A stretch of 41,128 bases of DNA, taken from an uncultured Clostridia bacterium (GTDB lineage Bacteria > Bacillota > Clostridia > TANB77 > CAG-508). The position numbers were made by a program, and so were the translations under genes. This document shows positions 21,475-31,958 of the stretch, one piece after another (position 1 is the stretch's first letter; every line of letters starts with the position of its first letter). Location of the stretch: assembly GCA_963558405.1 (NCBI GenBank), contig CAUWGC010000016.1, positions 1-41,128 on the forward strand. Reading direction: 5' to 3'. Below the pieces are notes generated by a model that did no database searches, was not told the DNA's origin, and worked only from the letters and a program-made list of their open reading frames with translations.

Positions 21475-22659
21475 ATGTTTTTTAAAATACTTATAGCTTA
21501 TTTAGTAGGGTATATGAATATTATTGTAGAAGGATATTTTATTGAACGTTTTATAAATATTTGTACTAGTAAAAAAATTTTATTATGGAATATTAAAAGA
21601 GAAAAAAATAGTATATTACATGCAAATATTAGAATAAAAGATTTTAAAAAATTAAAGCAAGTGGTAAGAACTACAAAATGTAAAGTAAAAATAAAACAAA
21701 AAAGAGGATTACCCTTTTTAATGCAAAGATATAAAAAAAGAAAAATTTTTGTTGTTTTATTAGTTACTATATTTTTAGCTATTTTTACATTGTCTAATTT
21801 TATATGGAATATTGAAGTAACAGGAAATCAAAAAATAGAAAAAACAGAAATATTAGAACTATTAGAAAAGCAAGGATTTAAAATAGGAAGTTTAAAAGGA
21901 AAAATAGATACAAAACAAGTAATACAAAAAATAAGATTAGAAAGAGGCGATATTGCATGGATTGGAATAAAAATAAATGGAACAAATGCAATTGTAGAAG
22001 TTGTAGAAGCACAAGAAAAACCAAATATAATAAATCCAGAAGAATACTGTAATATTGTTTCTGATGTAGAAGGAATTATAACTAAAGTAAAAGCATTAAA
22101 TGGAATTCCAGAAGCTAAACCTGGTGATATAGTAAAAAAAGGAGATATTTTAATTAAAGGAACTATTGAAGGAAAATATACAGGAGTAAGCTATGTACAT
22201 AGTGAAGGAGAAGTAGAAGCAAAAGTTTGGTATAGTGAAAAGATACAAATACCATATCAAGAAAATAAAATAGAAAGAACAGGACTTGAGGAAACAAAGT
22301 ATGAAATAAAGTTAAATAATTTTAAAATAAATTTATATAAAACTCTTTCAAATTTTGAAAAGTATGATACAATAGAAGAGAATAAAAAATTAAAACTTTT
22401 TTCTGATTTTTATTTACCTATAACCTTTGTTACAAAGAAAAACTACGAGACAAAAACAGTTGAAATTAAGCACTCAAAAGAAGAAGCCATTAACATAGGC
22501 ATAAAAGAACTGGAAAATAAACTAAAGGAAAAAATAGGTGAAGAAAAGCAAGTAGTAGATAAACATGTAAATATTTTTGAAAAAGGACAATTTGTAGAAG
22601 TAGAACTTGTTTATGAAGTACTTGAAAAAATTGGAACCAAAGAAAAAATAGAAGTTTGA
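21475..22659 (+). CDS. yqfD: Sporulation protein YqfD
   Basis: IERFINIC, KRGLPF, TM then FIWNIEVTGN, GDIVKKGDILIKG. Confidence 0.9.
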   Translation: MFFKILIAYLVGYMNIIVEGYFIERFINICTSKKILLWNIKREKNSILHANIRIKDFKKLKQVVRTTKCKVKIKQKRGLPFLMQRYKKRKIFVVLLVTIFLAIFTLSNFIWNIEVTGNQKIEKTEILELLEKQGFKIGSLKGKIDTKQVIQKIRLERGDIAWIGIKINGTNAIVEVVEAQEKPNIINPEEYCNIVSDVEGIITKVKALNGIPEAKPGDIVKKGDILIKGTIEGKYTGVSYVHSEGEVEAKVWYSEKIQIPYQENKIERTGLEETKYEIKLNNFKINLYKTLSNFEKYDTIEENKKLKLFSDFYLPITFVTKKNYETKTVEIKHSKEEAINIGIKELENKLKEKIGEEKQVVDKHVNIFEKGQFVEVELVYEVLEKIGTKEKIEV

Positions 22660-22675
22660 AAGGAATGGTATTGTA

Positions 22676-23884
22676 ATGGAAGAAAGAAGTCTTAAAATAT
22701 ATGCTCAAGATAAAACATTTTTTACCAAAATAACAAATACAATAACAAAATTATTAATCCCAACAAGAGTTGGATTAAATAATATGCTTATAACAATAAA
22801 AAGAAATAATCTTTTAAAAGCCTATGAAAATTATGTAGAAGCAGAAAAAGAAGAACCAGAAAAAAAGAAAGTATCAATAAAAAAATATGAAGATACATTT
22901 GCTTTATATTTAGAATCATTAGACAAATATGTTATGGATTCTATATATAAAAAAGTTAAAAATGAAACAGCAACAGATTTTGAAAAAAATGCATTGTCTA
23001 ATTATTATTTAGTAATTCATTTAAAAGAAACTGAATATATAGAATATAAATATAGAAAACAAAAATTTTTACTAGAATTAGATTTTGAAGATTTAAAAAA
23101 CACAGAAAAACAAAAAACACTAGAACGTTACTATTCATTTTATATTTCAAAAATGGACTCTTTATATAAGGGAATTTTAAAAAATTATTCTATAAAATTA
23201 GCAGATAATTTAACACCTAAAAATAAACAAGAAATATACGAGAAAATTTTTGCTTTATTACAAGAATACATAGTGGCAATTTTACCTCTAAAGATGAAAA
23301 CAGAAAACAAAGAAACTTATAAAAATATATTAGATGAATATGAAAAACTAGAAAACTATCAGGTTGGAAAACTAGATCAAAGAGATTACATAGAAAAAAA
23401 TATGTTATTACTAGGAATTAGTAGAAATTTATTTACTCATAGTCTTCCACTAGTAGTTGCAGAACAGTGTTATATTAAATTATTAAAGGATATTAGAAGT
23501 TTAATTGTAGATACAAAAATATTAAAAAAACAGGAAAGAGCTTATGAGCTATTAATCGATTTAATAGAAGATTACAATATAAAGCTTCTTTCTACAAAAA
23601 TTTATTGGGACAAACCAGAAGAAAGAACATGGTATAAAAAATTCTGGGAAGAATATCAAAAAATAAATACTTTAAAAGAAAGTAATCCTAAAGAATATAA
23701 AAAACAAAAAGAAGTTCTTTTTATACGTAGTGATTTAAAAATGGTATACAAAAATGAAAATCGTTACTATAAAATAATAAAATTCTACAAAAACAAATTA
23801 GTAGAATTAGGAGCAATGCGAAATTTAGCAAATAATTATAATTCTTCAGGAATTTATACTAAGAAAAAAATTAAAGCAAGCTAA
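22676..23884 (+). CDS. Hypothetical 402-aa K/E/Y/L-rich, probably helical protein
   Basis: Long ORF with RBS GAAAGGA inside the operon; no motif recognised. Confidence 0.75.
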   Translation: MEERSLKIYAQDKTFFTKITNTITKLLIPTRVGLNNMLITIKRNNLLKAYENYVEAEKEEPEKKKVSIKKYEDTFALYLESLDKYVMDSIYKKVKNETATDFEKNALSNYYLVIHLKETEYIEYKYRKQKFLLELDFEDLKNTEKQKTLERYYSFYISKMDSLYKGILKNYSIKLADNLTPKNKQEIYEKIFALLQEYIVAILPLKMKTENKETYKNILDEYEKLENYQVGKLDQRDYIEKNMLLLGISRNLFTHSLPLVVAEQCYIKLLKDIRSLIVDTKILKKQERAYELLIDLIEDYNIKLLSTKIYWDKPEERTWYKKFWEEYQKINTLKESNPKEYKKQKEVLFIRSDLKMVYKNENRYYKIIKFYKNKLVELGAMRNLANNYNSSGIYTKKKIKAS

Positions 23885-23900
23885 AAATAGGAGATGTAAA

Positions 23901-24371
23901 ATGTCTGATATTTTAGAGTTAACATGGAAAGATGTTCCAGAAGATGTTGAAATGAAAAAAATTATAGAGGATGTAGTTCAAGAATGTTTTTTTACAGAAA
24001 ATATTAAAGATAAAAAATTTATTCTTAGTGTTACTTTAACTACTCCTCAAGTAATAAAAGAATTAAATAAAGAATACAGAAATATTGATAAAGAAACCGA
24101 TGTACTTTCTTTTCCAATGTTTGAAAAACAAGAAATAGAAGAAAGAAAAAATCCAATAGTAGTAGAAGTGTTAGGTGATATAGTAATTTCTATTCCAAGA
24201 GTTGAAGAACAGGCAAAAGAATATGGACATAGTTTTGAAAGAGAACTAGCGTATATGGTAGTTCATGGGTTTTATCATTTGATGGGATATGACCATATGG
24301 AAGAAGATGATAAAAAAATAATGAGAGAAAAAGAAGAAAATGTTTTACAAAAACTAAAAATAGAAAGATAG
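23901..24371 (+). CDS. ybeY: rRNA maturation endoribonuclease YbeY
   Basis: LNKEYR...TDVLSFP, LGDIVIS, HGFYHLMGYDH. Confidence 0.96.
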   Translation: MSDILELTWKDVPEDVEMKKIIEDVVQECFFTENIKDKKFILSVTLTTPQVIKELNKEYRNIDKETDVLSFPMFEKQEIEERKNPIVVEVLGDIVISIPRVEEQAKEYGHSFERELAYMVVHGFYHLMGYDHMEEDDKKIMREKEENVLQKLKIER

Positions 24372-24393
24372 ACTAAATAAAGGGGAAACTAAA

Positions 24394-25143
24394 TTGAAAA
24401 AAGAAAAACCAGAAATACATAAACTCCATAATAGTAATTTTATAGAAGCTTGTCACAATGCAATAAATGGAATTATTTATGCAACTACAACACAAGGTAA
24501 TATAAAAAAACAATTAGTAATTGCAGTAGCTGTAATGATTATTAGCTTGTTTTTTGAATTGTCTAGAGCAGAATTTTTGTGCTTAACATTTTCAGTTGTT
24601 TTAATTATAGTATCAGAAATGTTTAATACAGCAATAGAAACTGTTGTAGACCTATATACAGATATGTATCATCCAAAGGCAAAAATAGCAAAGGATGTTG
24701 GAGCAGGAGCGGTTGTTATTGCTTCACTTAATGCATTAATAGTAGCATACTTTTTGTTTTTTGATAAAATTAGTAGCGTGGGAACATCGGTACTAGAATC
24801 TGTTGTAAGATCACCTGCACATTTAGCATTTGTGGCAATTGTATTAACTATAATAGCAGTTGTAGCATTTAAAGCTGCAAGTAGTACAAATAAGCATAAA
24901 AGAATAAATAATAAATTTTGCCCAAGTGGACAATCAACAATTGCATTTGCAGCAATGACAGCTATTTGGTTAAATACAAAAGATATTGTTACTTTTACGT
25001 TATCTTTAGTATTATCATTATTAATTATAGAAAACAGAATAGATACTAAAAAAAGAACAATGTCAGAAGTGATTTTTGGAGCTTGTATGGGTGTGCTAAT
25101 TGTTTTATTGGTATATAGTTTAACTATATTTAAACAAGTATAA
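24394..25143 (+). CDS. dgkA: Undecaprenol/diacylglycerol kinase DgkA with C-terminal PAP2-like domain
   Basis: EMFNTAIETVVD, AKIAKDVGAGAV; C-terminal PSGQS...ENR...EVIFG degenerate PAP2 motifs; TTG start. Confidence 0.88.
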   Translation: MKKEKPEIHKLHNSNFIEACHNAINGIIYATTTQGNIKKQLVIAVAVMIISLFFELSRAEFLCLTFSVVLIIVSEMFNTAIETVVDLYTDMYHPKAKIAKDVGAGAVVIASLNALIVAYFLFFDKISSVGTSVLESVVRSPAHLAFVAIVLTIIAVVAFKAASSTNKHKRINNKFCPSGQSTIAFAAMTAIWLNTKDIVTFTLSLVLSLLIIENRIDTKKRTMSEVIFGACMGVLIVLLVYSLTIFKQV

Positions 25144-25157
25144 GAAAAGAGGTAATT

Positions 25158-26225
25158 ATGAAAGTAAAAGAGGAAAAAGGTGGAGTAAAAATTCTAGTAA
25201 CAATTCTTATTATTTTAATACTATTAGCAGGTGTACTATTAGCAATCAAATTTTTAAACTCTAAAAAAGAAAAACAAGAAAATCAAAACAATATGAATTC
25301 TGTGATAGAAGAACCAATAGAGGAAGAACCTAAAGAACCAGAAAAGCAAGTCCAAATATATTCTGGAAATGAAAGACCGGTTGCTGTAATGATAGATAAT
25401 CACACAGGAGCATGGCCACAAGCTGGATTAAATGATGCTTTTGTTGTATATGAGATAATAGTAGAAGGTGGAGAATCTAGATTAATGCCAATTTTTAAAG
25501 AAAAAGATTTAGATAAAATTGGTCCAATTAGAAGTGCAAGACATTATTTTATAGATTATGCATTAGAAAATGATGCTATTTATGTTCATTTTGGACAAAG
25601 TCCACAGGCAGGAAATGATATTAAAAAATATTCTGTAAGCGATATAAATGGTTTAGTAGAGAGTGAAAAGAATTTTTGGAGAGTAAAAGATAAATATGCT
25701 CCACATAATGTTGTAACTACTACAGATAAAATAATGGAATTAGCAAAAAAGAAAGGTTACAGAACAATATCAACACAATCTTCTGTTTTACATTATGTAC
25801 CAGATGAGTTTGAGCTAGTTTCTGATATACCAGCAACAAGAATTACAATACCATATTGTAGTTGGAATGTAGTAGAATATAAATATGATGAAGTAAATAA
25901 AAGATATGTTCGTTATTCAAAAGGTGAAAAACAAAAAGATTGGGTAACAGATATGGATATTACTACTAAAAATATTATAATTACATTTGCTAAAAATTCT
26001 GTATTAAATGATGGGGAAAATAAAGACAGACAAACTTTAAGTAATGTAGGAACATTAGAAGGATATTATATTACAAACGGAAAAGCTATTCGCATAACAT
26101 GCGAGAAAAAGTCTAGAACAGATAAAACAATTTATAAAGATGAAGATGGAAACGAGATAAACGTAAATGATGGTAATACATTTATACAAATATGTCCAAT
26201 TGATGCAAAGGTTGTAATTGAGTAA
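25158..26225 (+). CDS. DUF3048 (YerB-like) membrane-anchored protein
   Basis: RPVAVMIDN, PQAGL, VEGGESR, GPIRSARHYF, APHN. Confidence 0.85.
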   Translation: MKVKEEKGGVKILVTILIILILLAGVLLAIKFLNSKKEKQENQNNMNSVIEEPIEEEPKEPEKQVQIYSGNERPVAVMIDNHTGAWPQAGLNDAFVVYEIIVEGGESRLMPIFKEKDLDKIGPIRSARHYFIDYALENDAIYVHFGQSPQAGNDIKKYSVSDINGLVESEKNFWRVKDKYAPHNVVTTTDKIMELAKKKGYRTISTQSSVLHYVPDEFELVSDIPATRITIPYCSWNVVEYKYDEVNKRYVRYSKGEKQKDWVTDMDITTKNIIITFAKNSVLNDGENKDRQTLSNVGTLEGYYITNGKAIRITCEKKSRTDKTIYKDEDGNEINVNDGNTFIQICPIDAKVVIE

Positions 26226-26231
26226 GGTATT

Positions 26232-26266
26232 AGGGGAAAAGAAAATATATTTCTTTTCCTTTTTTT
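26232..26266 (+). terminator. Intrinsic terminator
   Basis: GGAAAAGAAA...TTTCTTTTCC followed by a T run. Confidence 0.7.
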
Positions 26267-26426
26267 AACAAAACTTTTGTTTACTTATTATAAAATACAT
26301 GATATAATACGATAAAAATAAAATTGTCAAGAAAAATTTGTCGAAAATATCTAAAAATTCTATACCTTGATATGACAAAATAATTATATAAATAAATGTA
26401 TAATAAAATTAATTAGAGAGGAAATA

Positions 26427-27341
26427 ATGATGGAAGAATTTAAATCAGGTTTTGTTACACTTATTGGAAGAACTAATGTGGGAAAATCTACTTTATTAAA
26501 TTTATTAGTAGGAGAAAAGGTTGCAATTACAGCAAATAAAGCTCAGACAACAAGAACTGCAATTAGAGCAATTGTAAATAGAGAGAATTCACAAATAATA
26601 TTTATGGATACACCTGGTATTCACAAACCTAAAAATAAATTAGGTGAAACTATGTTAGAAACAGCATATGGTTCTATAAAAGATGTAGATGTAGTTTTGT
26701 TTTTAATTGATGCATCAAAAAATGAGATTACAAAAGGTGATTCTATTTTATTAGAAAAAATAAAAGATGCTAAAAAGCCTACTATTCTAGTAATGAATAA
26801 AATAGATTTAATAAAAAGAGAGGATTTATTACCATTAATACAAAAATACCAAAAAGAATACAACTTTGAGGCAGTAATACCTATTTCTGCTGTTAAAAAT
26901 AGTAAAAAAGAAACAGAAACAATTTTATCAGAAATAGAAAAGAACTTAAAACCAGGACCTGCATATTATGATATAGAAGAATATACTGATCAAACACTAA
27001 GAGATTTAGTAGAAGAAGTAATAAGAGAAAAAGCGTTAAGAATTTTACAAGATGAAGTACCTCATGAAATTTATGTTGAATGTGATAAAATGAAAAAAAG
27101 AAAAACACAAAATAAAGAACCTATATATGATGTAGATACAACGATTTATTGTAACAGAAATTCACATAAAGGAATTATTATAGGAAAAAATGGTACAATG
27201 TTAAAAAGAATAGGAAGTTATGCAAGAGCAGATTTAGAAAAGATAATTGGTACAAAAGTAAATTTAAAAATATGGGTTAAAGTAAAAGAAGATTGGCAAG
27301 ATAATGATAACATTATAAAAAGATTTAAAAAACAAGATTAG
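26427..27341 (+). CDS. era: GTPase Era
   Basis: GRTNVGKST, QTTR, DTPG, NKID, KH motif IIIGKNG. Confidence 0.97.
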   Translation: MMEEFKSGFVTLIGRTNVGKSTLLNLLVGEKVAITANKAQTTRTAIRAIVNRENSQIIFMDTPGIHKPKNKLGETMLETAYGSIKDVDVVLFLIDASKNEITKGDSILLEKIKDAKKPTILVMNKIDLIKREDLLPLIQKYQKEYNFEAVIPISAVKNSKKETETILSEIEKNLKPGPAYYDIEEYTDQTLRDLVEEVIREKALRILQDEVPHEIYVECDKMKKRKTQNKEPIYDVDTTIYCNRNSHKGIIIGKNGTMLKRIGSYARADLEKIIGTKVNLKIWVKVKEDWQDNDNIIKRFKKQD

Positions 27342-27438
27342 ATATGTATAAAAAGGCAAAAATTGCAAAAGATAAAAGTAAAGAAAATTAAAAATATAAT
27401 AGTTTTAATTTTACTTTAACTTAAGGAGGCTGATAAAA

Positions 27439-27591
27439 ATGATTAAACAAATTGCGTGGAATACTTTTAAAAAAACCGGAAATATAGATACTTTTATAGA
27501 ACTAACAAAAGTAGAAAATATAAACAAAAATATAGAGGCGGAAAAAGATGGCATTAATCAAAACAAAGGGGATAATATTATCGGAAAATAA
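27439..27591 (+). CDS. yqzL: YqzL-like small protein, 50 aa (not in the ORF track)
   Basis: RBS AAGGAGG; MIKQIAWNTFKKTGNIDTFIEL motif; expected position between era and recO; overlaps the recO start. Confidence 0.85.
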   Translation: MIKQIAWNTFKKTGNIDTFIELTKVENINKNIEAEKDGINQNKGDNIIGK

Positions 27592-28276
27592 AATGGGGGA
27601 TTATGACAAAATGCTTACAATGCTTACCCCTGGATATGGTAAAATTAGGTGCATTGCTAAAGGTGCTAGAAAACCAAAAAGTTTATTAATGGCAAGCACC
27701 CAATTTTTATGCTTTGGAGAATATTTATTATACAAAGGAGCTGAAACATATCATATAAATTCAGCAGAAACAATAGAAATATTTTATCCTATAAGAACAG
27801 ATTTAGATAAACTAAAATATTCAGCACATATAACAAAAATAATGTTAGATGTAACGACCGAAAATGAAAATAGTTATAAATTATTACAATTGTTTTTAAA
27901 TACACTCTACATGATTTCGGAAACAAAAAAAGATTTAGATTTTATATTATCGGTATTTAAATTAAGAATTTGTTGTATATTGGGCTTTACTCCTAATATT
28001 AAAGAATGTACACAATGTAATCAAAAAGATGATATAAAATATTTTAGTTTAAAAAGAGATGGTTTTTTATGCTCAATATGTGGAAAAATAGATAAATCTT
28101 GTATAGAAATTTCACCGTCAACAGTAGATGCTATTCGTTATATTATATTAGCACCACCCAAAAAAATTTTTTCTTTTGAACTTCCAGAGGAAGCACAAAA
28201 AGAATTAAATTTATTAACAAAACTATACATAAATTATAAATTAGAAAAAGAGTATCCTTTAGAAGAATTATTTTAA
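27548..28276 (+). CDS. recO: DNA repair protein RecO
   Basis: OB-fold N-terminus (GKIRCIAKGARKPKS), zinc finger CTQC...CSIC; era-yqzL-recO order. Confidence 0.95.
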   Translation: MALIKTKGIILSENKMGDYDKMLTMLTPGYGKIRCIAKGARKPKSLLMASTQFLCFGEYLLYKGAETYHINSAETIEIFYPIRTDLDKLKYSAHITKIMLDVTTENENSYKLLQLFLNTLYMISETKKDLDFILSVFKLRICCILGFTPNIKECTQCNQKDDIKYFSLKRDGFLCSICGKIDKSCIEISPSTVDAIRYIILAPPKKIFSFELPEEAQKELNLLTKLYINYKLEKEYPLEELF

Positions 28277-28305
28277 TAAAAATATATAAAATTAATTCAA
28301 ATTAG

Positions 28306-28334
28306 TTGTATTCCAAGTTTCTTTATGGTATAGT
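28306..28334 (+). promoter_or_regulatory. Sigma-A promoter
   Basis: TTGTAT-17-TATAGT with extended TG. Confidence 0.55.
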
Positions 28335-28380
28335 TACTTTGTAAAAATGAATCTTTGGACAAGGAGGCAAAGTAAACCTT

Positions 28381-29622
28381 ATGTGGGGAGATATTGCAAT
28401 TGCTTTTTTACTAGCATTTATTACATCTTTTGTAGTTACACCATATACTATAAAACTTGCAAAAAAAGTTGGTGGAGTAGATATTCCAAAAGATAACAGA
28501 AGAATGCATAATAAACCAATACCAAGACTGGGAGGTATTGCAGTTATTACTGGATTTATTATTTCAGTAGTATATTTATTAATAACTTCATCTTGGGAAG
28601 GAACAGTTAAATTATTTGGTGAAGAAAACTATGGAATAAAATTAACAGGTTTTTTTATAGGTATAGTTATTTTGGGAATAATTTGTTATATAGATGATAC
28701 AAAAACTATAAAGCCATTAACAAAGCTTGCTGTACAAACATTAGTAGCTATTATTGTAGTTGCATTTGGAATAAAAATTGATAATATAACAATACCATTT
28801 TTTGAAAAAGTTGGATTAAGTACAGTAGTATCAAACATTATTACAGTTTTTTGGATTGTGGGTGTTACAAATGCTATTAATTTAATAGATGGACTAGATG
28901 GATTATCATCAGGAATTTCACTAATATCATGTATTTCGTTATTAATTATTTTTGCTTTAAATGCTTCACCATATATAGCAATTATATTGGTAACTGCACT
29001 TGCAGGAGCTTTAGTTGGATTTTTACCATTTAACTTTAATCCAGCTAAAACATTTATAGGAGATACAGGTTCAAATTTTTTAGGTTTTACATTATCTGTT
29101 GTATCAATTTTAGGGATAGCTAAAACATATACAGCTGTTATTATTATATTGCCAGTAATAGTGTTAGGATTACCGTTATTTGATACTGTATTTGCAATTA
29201 TCAGAAGAATAGTAAAAGCAAAATCACTAAAAGCAGTATTTAAGGCAGATAAGGGACATTTACATCATAAAATAGTTGCTAAAGGATTTACACAAAAACA
29301 AGCTGTTTTTATTTTATATGGTATTAGTGCTTGTTGTGGAATGTTTGCAATTGTTCTTTTTGAAAGTGGAATTTGGAAAGCTTTATCTTTTGCTTTAATG
29401 GTAGTTGCAGTTATTAGTATAGGATATAAAGAATTATTTAAGTTAAAGGAGGGGGATGTAGAAGTGTATAGATGTATGGCTTGTGGATATATTTATGATC
29501 CAAAAATAGGTGATCCAGATAGTGGAATAGCACCTGGAACAGAATTTGAAGACATACCAGCAGATTGGGTTTGCCCACTATGTGGAGTAGGAAAAGATAT
29601 GTTTGAAAAAGTAGAAGAATAA
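28381..29622 (+). CDS. TagO/WecA-like undecaprenyl-phosphate GlcNAc-1-P transferase with in-frame C-terminal rubredoxin domain
   Basis: [34 protein letters not shown]; last 52 aa [12 protein letters not shown]...[10 protein letters not shown] form a complete rubredoxin. Confidence 0.92.
   Translation: MWGDIAIAFLLAFITSFVVTPYTIKLAKKVGGVDIPKDNRRMHNKPIPRLGGIAVITGFIISVVYLLITSSWEGTVKLFGEENYGIKLTGFFIGIVILGIICYIDDTKTIKPLTKLAVQTLVAIIVVAFGIKIDNITIPFFEKVGLSTVVSNIITVFWIVGVTNAINLIDGLDGLSSGISLISCISLLIIFALNASPYIAIILVTALAGALVGFLPFNFNPAKTFIGDTGSNFLGFTLSVVSILGIAKTYTAVIIILPVIVLGLPLFDTVFAIIRRIVKAKSLKAVFKADKGHLHHKIVAKGFTQKQAVFILYGISACCGMFAIVLFESGIWKALSFALMVVAVISIGYKELFKLKEGDVEVYRCMACGYIYDPKIGDPDSGIAPGTEFEDIPADWVCPLCGVGKDMFEKVEE
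29464..29622 (+). CDS. Possible separately initiated rubredoxin (52 aa) nested in frame
   Basis: AAGGAGGGGG at 29446-29455 precedes the in-frame GTG 29464; two CxxC motifs. Confidence 0.5.
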   Translation: MYRCMACGYIYDPKIGDPDSGIAPGTEFEDIPADWVCPLCGVGKDMFEKVEE

Positions 29623-29652
29623 AAAAGAGGCTTATAAAAGCTTCTTTTTTTT
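29621..29652 (+). terminator. Intrinsic terminator
   Basis: AAAAAAGAGGCTT-ataa-AAGCTTCTTTTTT. Confidence 0.75.
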
Positions 29653-29740
29653 GTCTTAAGAATTAAAAATTTTAATATTGGAATATTTTAAAAGATATGG
29701 TATAATTAGCTAATTAAAATAAAGAAATTGGAGAAAAAAT

Positions 29741-30631
29741 ATGTGTAATCAAGATAAAATAACAAGATTTTTAGCATATAATGGTAAAATTAGTATCGTT
29801 TGTGCTAAAACAACTAATTTAGTAGAAAATGCAAGAATGATACAAGACACAAGTCCAGTAGCTACAGCAGCGTTAGGAAGATTACTTACAATTACTGCAA
29901 TACTTGGAAATAATTTAAAAAATGAAAAAGATAAAATAACTATACAAATAAAAGGAAATGGTCCAATAAAAGGTATGGTTTCTGTATCAAATAAAAAAGC
30001 AGAAGTAAAAGGATATGCTTTTGAACCTATAGTAGATGTACCTTTAAAAGAAGAAGGTAAATTAGATGTGGGAAAGGCAGTTGGAAATGTAGGTTTTTTA
30101 AATGTTATAAAAGATATTGGATTAAAAGAACCATATATAGGAATGGTTCCTCTTGTATCAGGTGAAATTGCAGAAGATTTTGCAAGATATTTTGCAGAAT
30201 CAGAACAAACAGGAACAGCTGTTGCACTTGGGGTTTTAGTTGATAAAAATGGAGTTAAATCCGCAGGAGGATATCTAATAACAGTAATGCCAGAAACAGA
30301 TGATGAGACTATTTCAAAAATAGAATCAAATTTAAGTAAAATAGAGCCAATAAGTAAAATGCTAGAAAAAAATTTATCATTAGAACAAATAGCTAAAACT
30401 GTTTCTGGAGATGAAAATATTCAAATTGTAGAAGATAATATTATACCTAGATATTGCTGTGATTGCAGTAAAGAAAGAATAAAAAAGGTTTTAGTTTCTT
30501 TAGGTAAAGAAGAATTAAATAAAATTATAGAAGAAGATAAAAAAGCAGAAATAGTTTGTCACTTTTGTAATAAAAAATATGATTTTGATGAGAAGAATTT
30601 AAAAGAAATTATAGAATCAATAAATAAATAA
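29741..30631 (+). CDS. hslO: Redox-regulated chaperone Hsp33
   Basis: ALGRLLT, LVSGEIAEDFARYFAESEQ, zinc ligands CDC...CHFC. Confidence 0.95.
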   Translation: MCNQDKITRFLAYNGKISIVCAKTTNLVENARMIQDTSPVATAALGRLLTITAILGNNLKNEKDKITIQIKGNGPIKGMVSVSNKKAEVKGYAFEPIVDVPLKEEGKLDVGKAVGNVGFLNVIKDIGLKEPYIGMVPLVSGEIAEDFARYFAESEQTGTAVALGVLVDKNGVKSAGGYLITVMPETDDETISKIESNLSKIEPISKMLEKNLSLEQIAKTVSGDENIQIVEDNIIPRYCCDCSKERIKKVLVSLGKEELNKIIEEDKKAEIVCHFCNKKYDFDEKNLKEIIESINK

Positions 30632-30648
30632 TAAAATTTAATTGAAAG

Positions 30649-31950
30649 GTGATAAAAATGCCAAGAGGAATGAGAAGAAATCCAAGATTAAGAGGAATTT
30701 TGGAAAAGAGAATAGAGAAAAAAACATTTGTATTTATAGTAACGTTTTTAACTATTGTAATTGCTATTTGTGGAGTAGGAATTGTTTTTCAAACATATAA
30801 AACAAGAGAAGAAATTGCTAAAAGAGAAGAAGAAAGAACAAAAAAATTAAGAGAAATATTTGTTGCAGAGGATGAACCAGATGATTCAGACATATCTAAT
30901 CAAGTAGATGGTATAAAGCAAGAAGATTCTTATGTAACAATGGCTGTTGCAGGAGATATCTTATGTGAAAAACCTCTTTATGATGATGCATATCAAAAAG
31001 AAACTGGAACATTCGACTTTTTGCCAATGTTTAAAAATATCTTAAAATATACAACAAATACTGATTTAACTTTGGGAACAATGGAAACTAACTTTACAGA
31101 AGATAATATTTCAGGTTACAAAGTATATAATAGTCCAAAAGAATTGGGAAATGCGTTAAAAATGGCTGGCGTTGATATTTTAAGCACAGCACATAATCAT
31201 AGCTTAGATTATGGAACAGAAGGAATAAAAGCTACAAAAGAGTATTTTAATAAATTAAAAATAGATACAGTAGGAACTAGAACAAACTTAGATGAAGATA
31301 CTATTTTAATAAAGGAAGTAAATCAAATAAAAATGGCATTTTTATCTTATACATATGGAATTAATAATCAAGAACAAAAATCAAAAGAAGAACTTTCTTA
31401 TGTAAATATAACTGATAAAGATAAAATATCAGAAGATATAAAAAAGGCAAAAGAACAGGGTGCAGAATATATTTGTGTAATGATGCACTGGGGTGATTTA
31501 ACATCTAATAAAACAAATTCTGAACAAGAAGAGTTAGCAAATTATCTATTACAAAATGGTGTTGATTTAATATTAGGTAGTCATCCAGCTACTATTCAAC
31601 CAATGGAAATATGTAAAAATAGTGATGGAGAAAATGCTTTTGTTTCATATAGTGTAGGAAATTATATATCAGCAAGTGAATATCAAAATTCTAACATTGA
31701 AATGATTTTAGAAATAAAGATAAAAAAGGATAGTAAAACAGGAAAAGTAACACTTAATAAAGTTACATATACTCCAGTATATTTATTAGATAATGGTAAA
31801 AATGCAGAAAATCGTTACGAATTGTATGATATTAAAGATGTTATATCTAAATACGAAAGTGGACAAACTGATGTTGTAGATAAGAAATTATATGATAAAT
31901 TAAAACAAGCATTAAAAGAAATAGAAAAATTAGTTGGAAAAGAAGAATAG
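30649..31950 (+). CDS. CapA-family (PGA_cap) metallophosphoesterase-fold membrane protein
   Basis: N-terminal TM, AGDI, AHNHSLDYG, MHWG, GSHP, YSVGNY. Confidence 0.88.
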   Translation: MIKMPRGMRRNPRLRGILEKRIEKKTFVFIVTFLTIVIAICGVGIVFQTYKTREEIAKREEERTKKLREIFVAEDEPDDSDISNQVDGIKQEDSYVTMAVAGDILCEKPLYDDAYQKETGTFDFLPMFKNILKYTTNTDLTLGTMETNFTEDNISGYKVYNSPKELGNALKMAGVDILSTAHNHSLDYGTEGIKATKEYFNKLKIDTVGTRTNLDEDTILIKEVNQIKMAFLSYTYGINNQEQKSKEELSYVNITDKDKISEDIKKAKEQGAEYICVMMHWGDLTSNKTNSEQEELANYLLQNGVDLILGSHPATIQPMEICKNSDGENAFVSYSVGNYISASEYQNSNIEMILEIKIKKDSKTGKVTLNKVTYTPVYLLDNGKNAENRYELYDIKDVISKYESGQTDVVDKKLYDKLKQALKEIEKLVGKEE

Positions 31951-31958
31951 GAGAAAAA

